Assembly (NCBI GenBank): GCA_010093995.1
Contig: ML992509.1
Span: 852,178 to 888,878, forward strand
Direction: 5' to 3'
DNA length: 36,701 nt
Source: Elsinoe ampelina
Lineage: Eukaryota
Position numbers and translations under genes: made by a program. Numbering within the stretch: the first letter of the stretch is position 1; every line of letters begins with the position of its first letter. Positions 36,592-36,701 of the stretch are shown piece after piece. The notes under the pieces are model-generated. The model did not search any database, had not been told where the DNA came from, and was given only the letters and a program-made list of their open reading frames with translations.

Positions 36592-36701
36592 CTCTATAAG
36601 AGTAAGTAATTTAGCTTCTATACTTAAGGTTATAACTATTAGCTACTTAGTAGCCTTCTAGTTAATTAAGCCTTAGAATATCTTAAATAGATAGCCTTAA
36701 A

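Larger units (their letters stand above)
29300..36701. other. AT-rich RIP-mutated repeat block, with assembly gaps at ~29446-29889 and ~31715-32374
   Basis: Abrupt switch to TpA-rich, CpA/TpG-depleted sequence; runs of N. Confidence 0.9.

Overview
Eukaryotic window from a filamentous ascomycete, judged from short ~45-60 nt introns with CTRAY branch points and a RIP-mutated repeat block. Bases 1-29.0 kb are gene-dense: the end of a DUF3844 gene, a GT90/CAP10 glycosyltransferase, an Apple/PAN-like protein, a salicylaldehyde-type ALDH, two hypotheticals, two secreted Cys-containing proteins, three paralogous BTB/POZ + zinc-ribbon genes, mannose-6-P isomerase, SGF29, ARF6 and a YMC1-like mitochondrial carrier. 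Between ARF6 and the carrier lies the standout: a putative three-gene cytokinin biosynthesis cluster made of a stand-alone adenylate-type isopentenyltransferase, a divergently transcribed stand-alone LOG phosphoribohydrolase, and a cytochrome P450. The characterised fungal clusters I know (Claviceps, Fusarium) use a fused IPT-LOG instead. From ~29.3 kb to the end is AT-rich RIP-degraded DNA with two N gaps, containing a full-length Ty3/gypsy chromovirus (187-bp LTRs, 5-bp TSD CTCTA). Exon boundaries were read by eye and no database searches were run.
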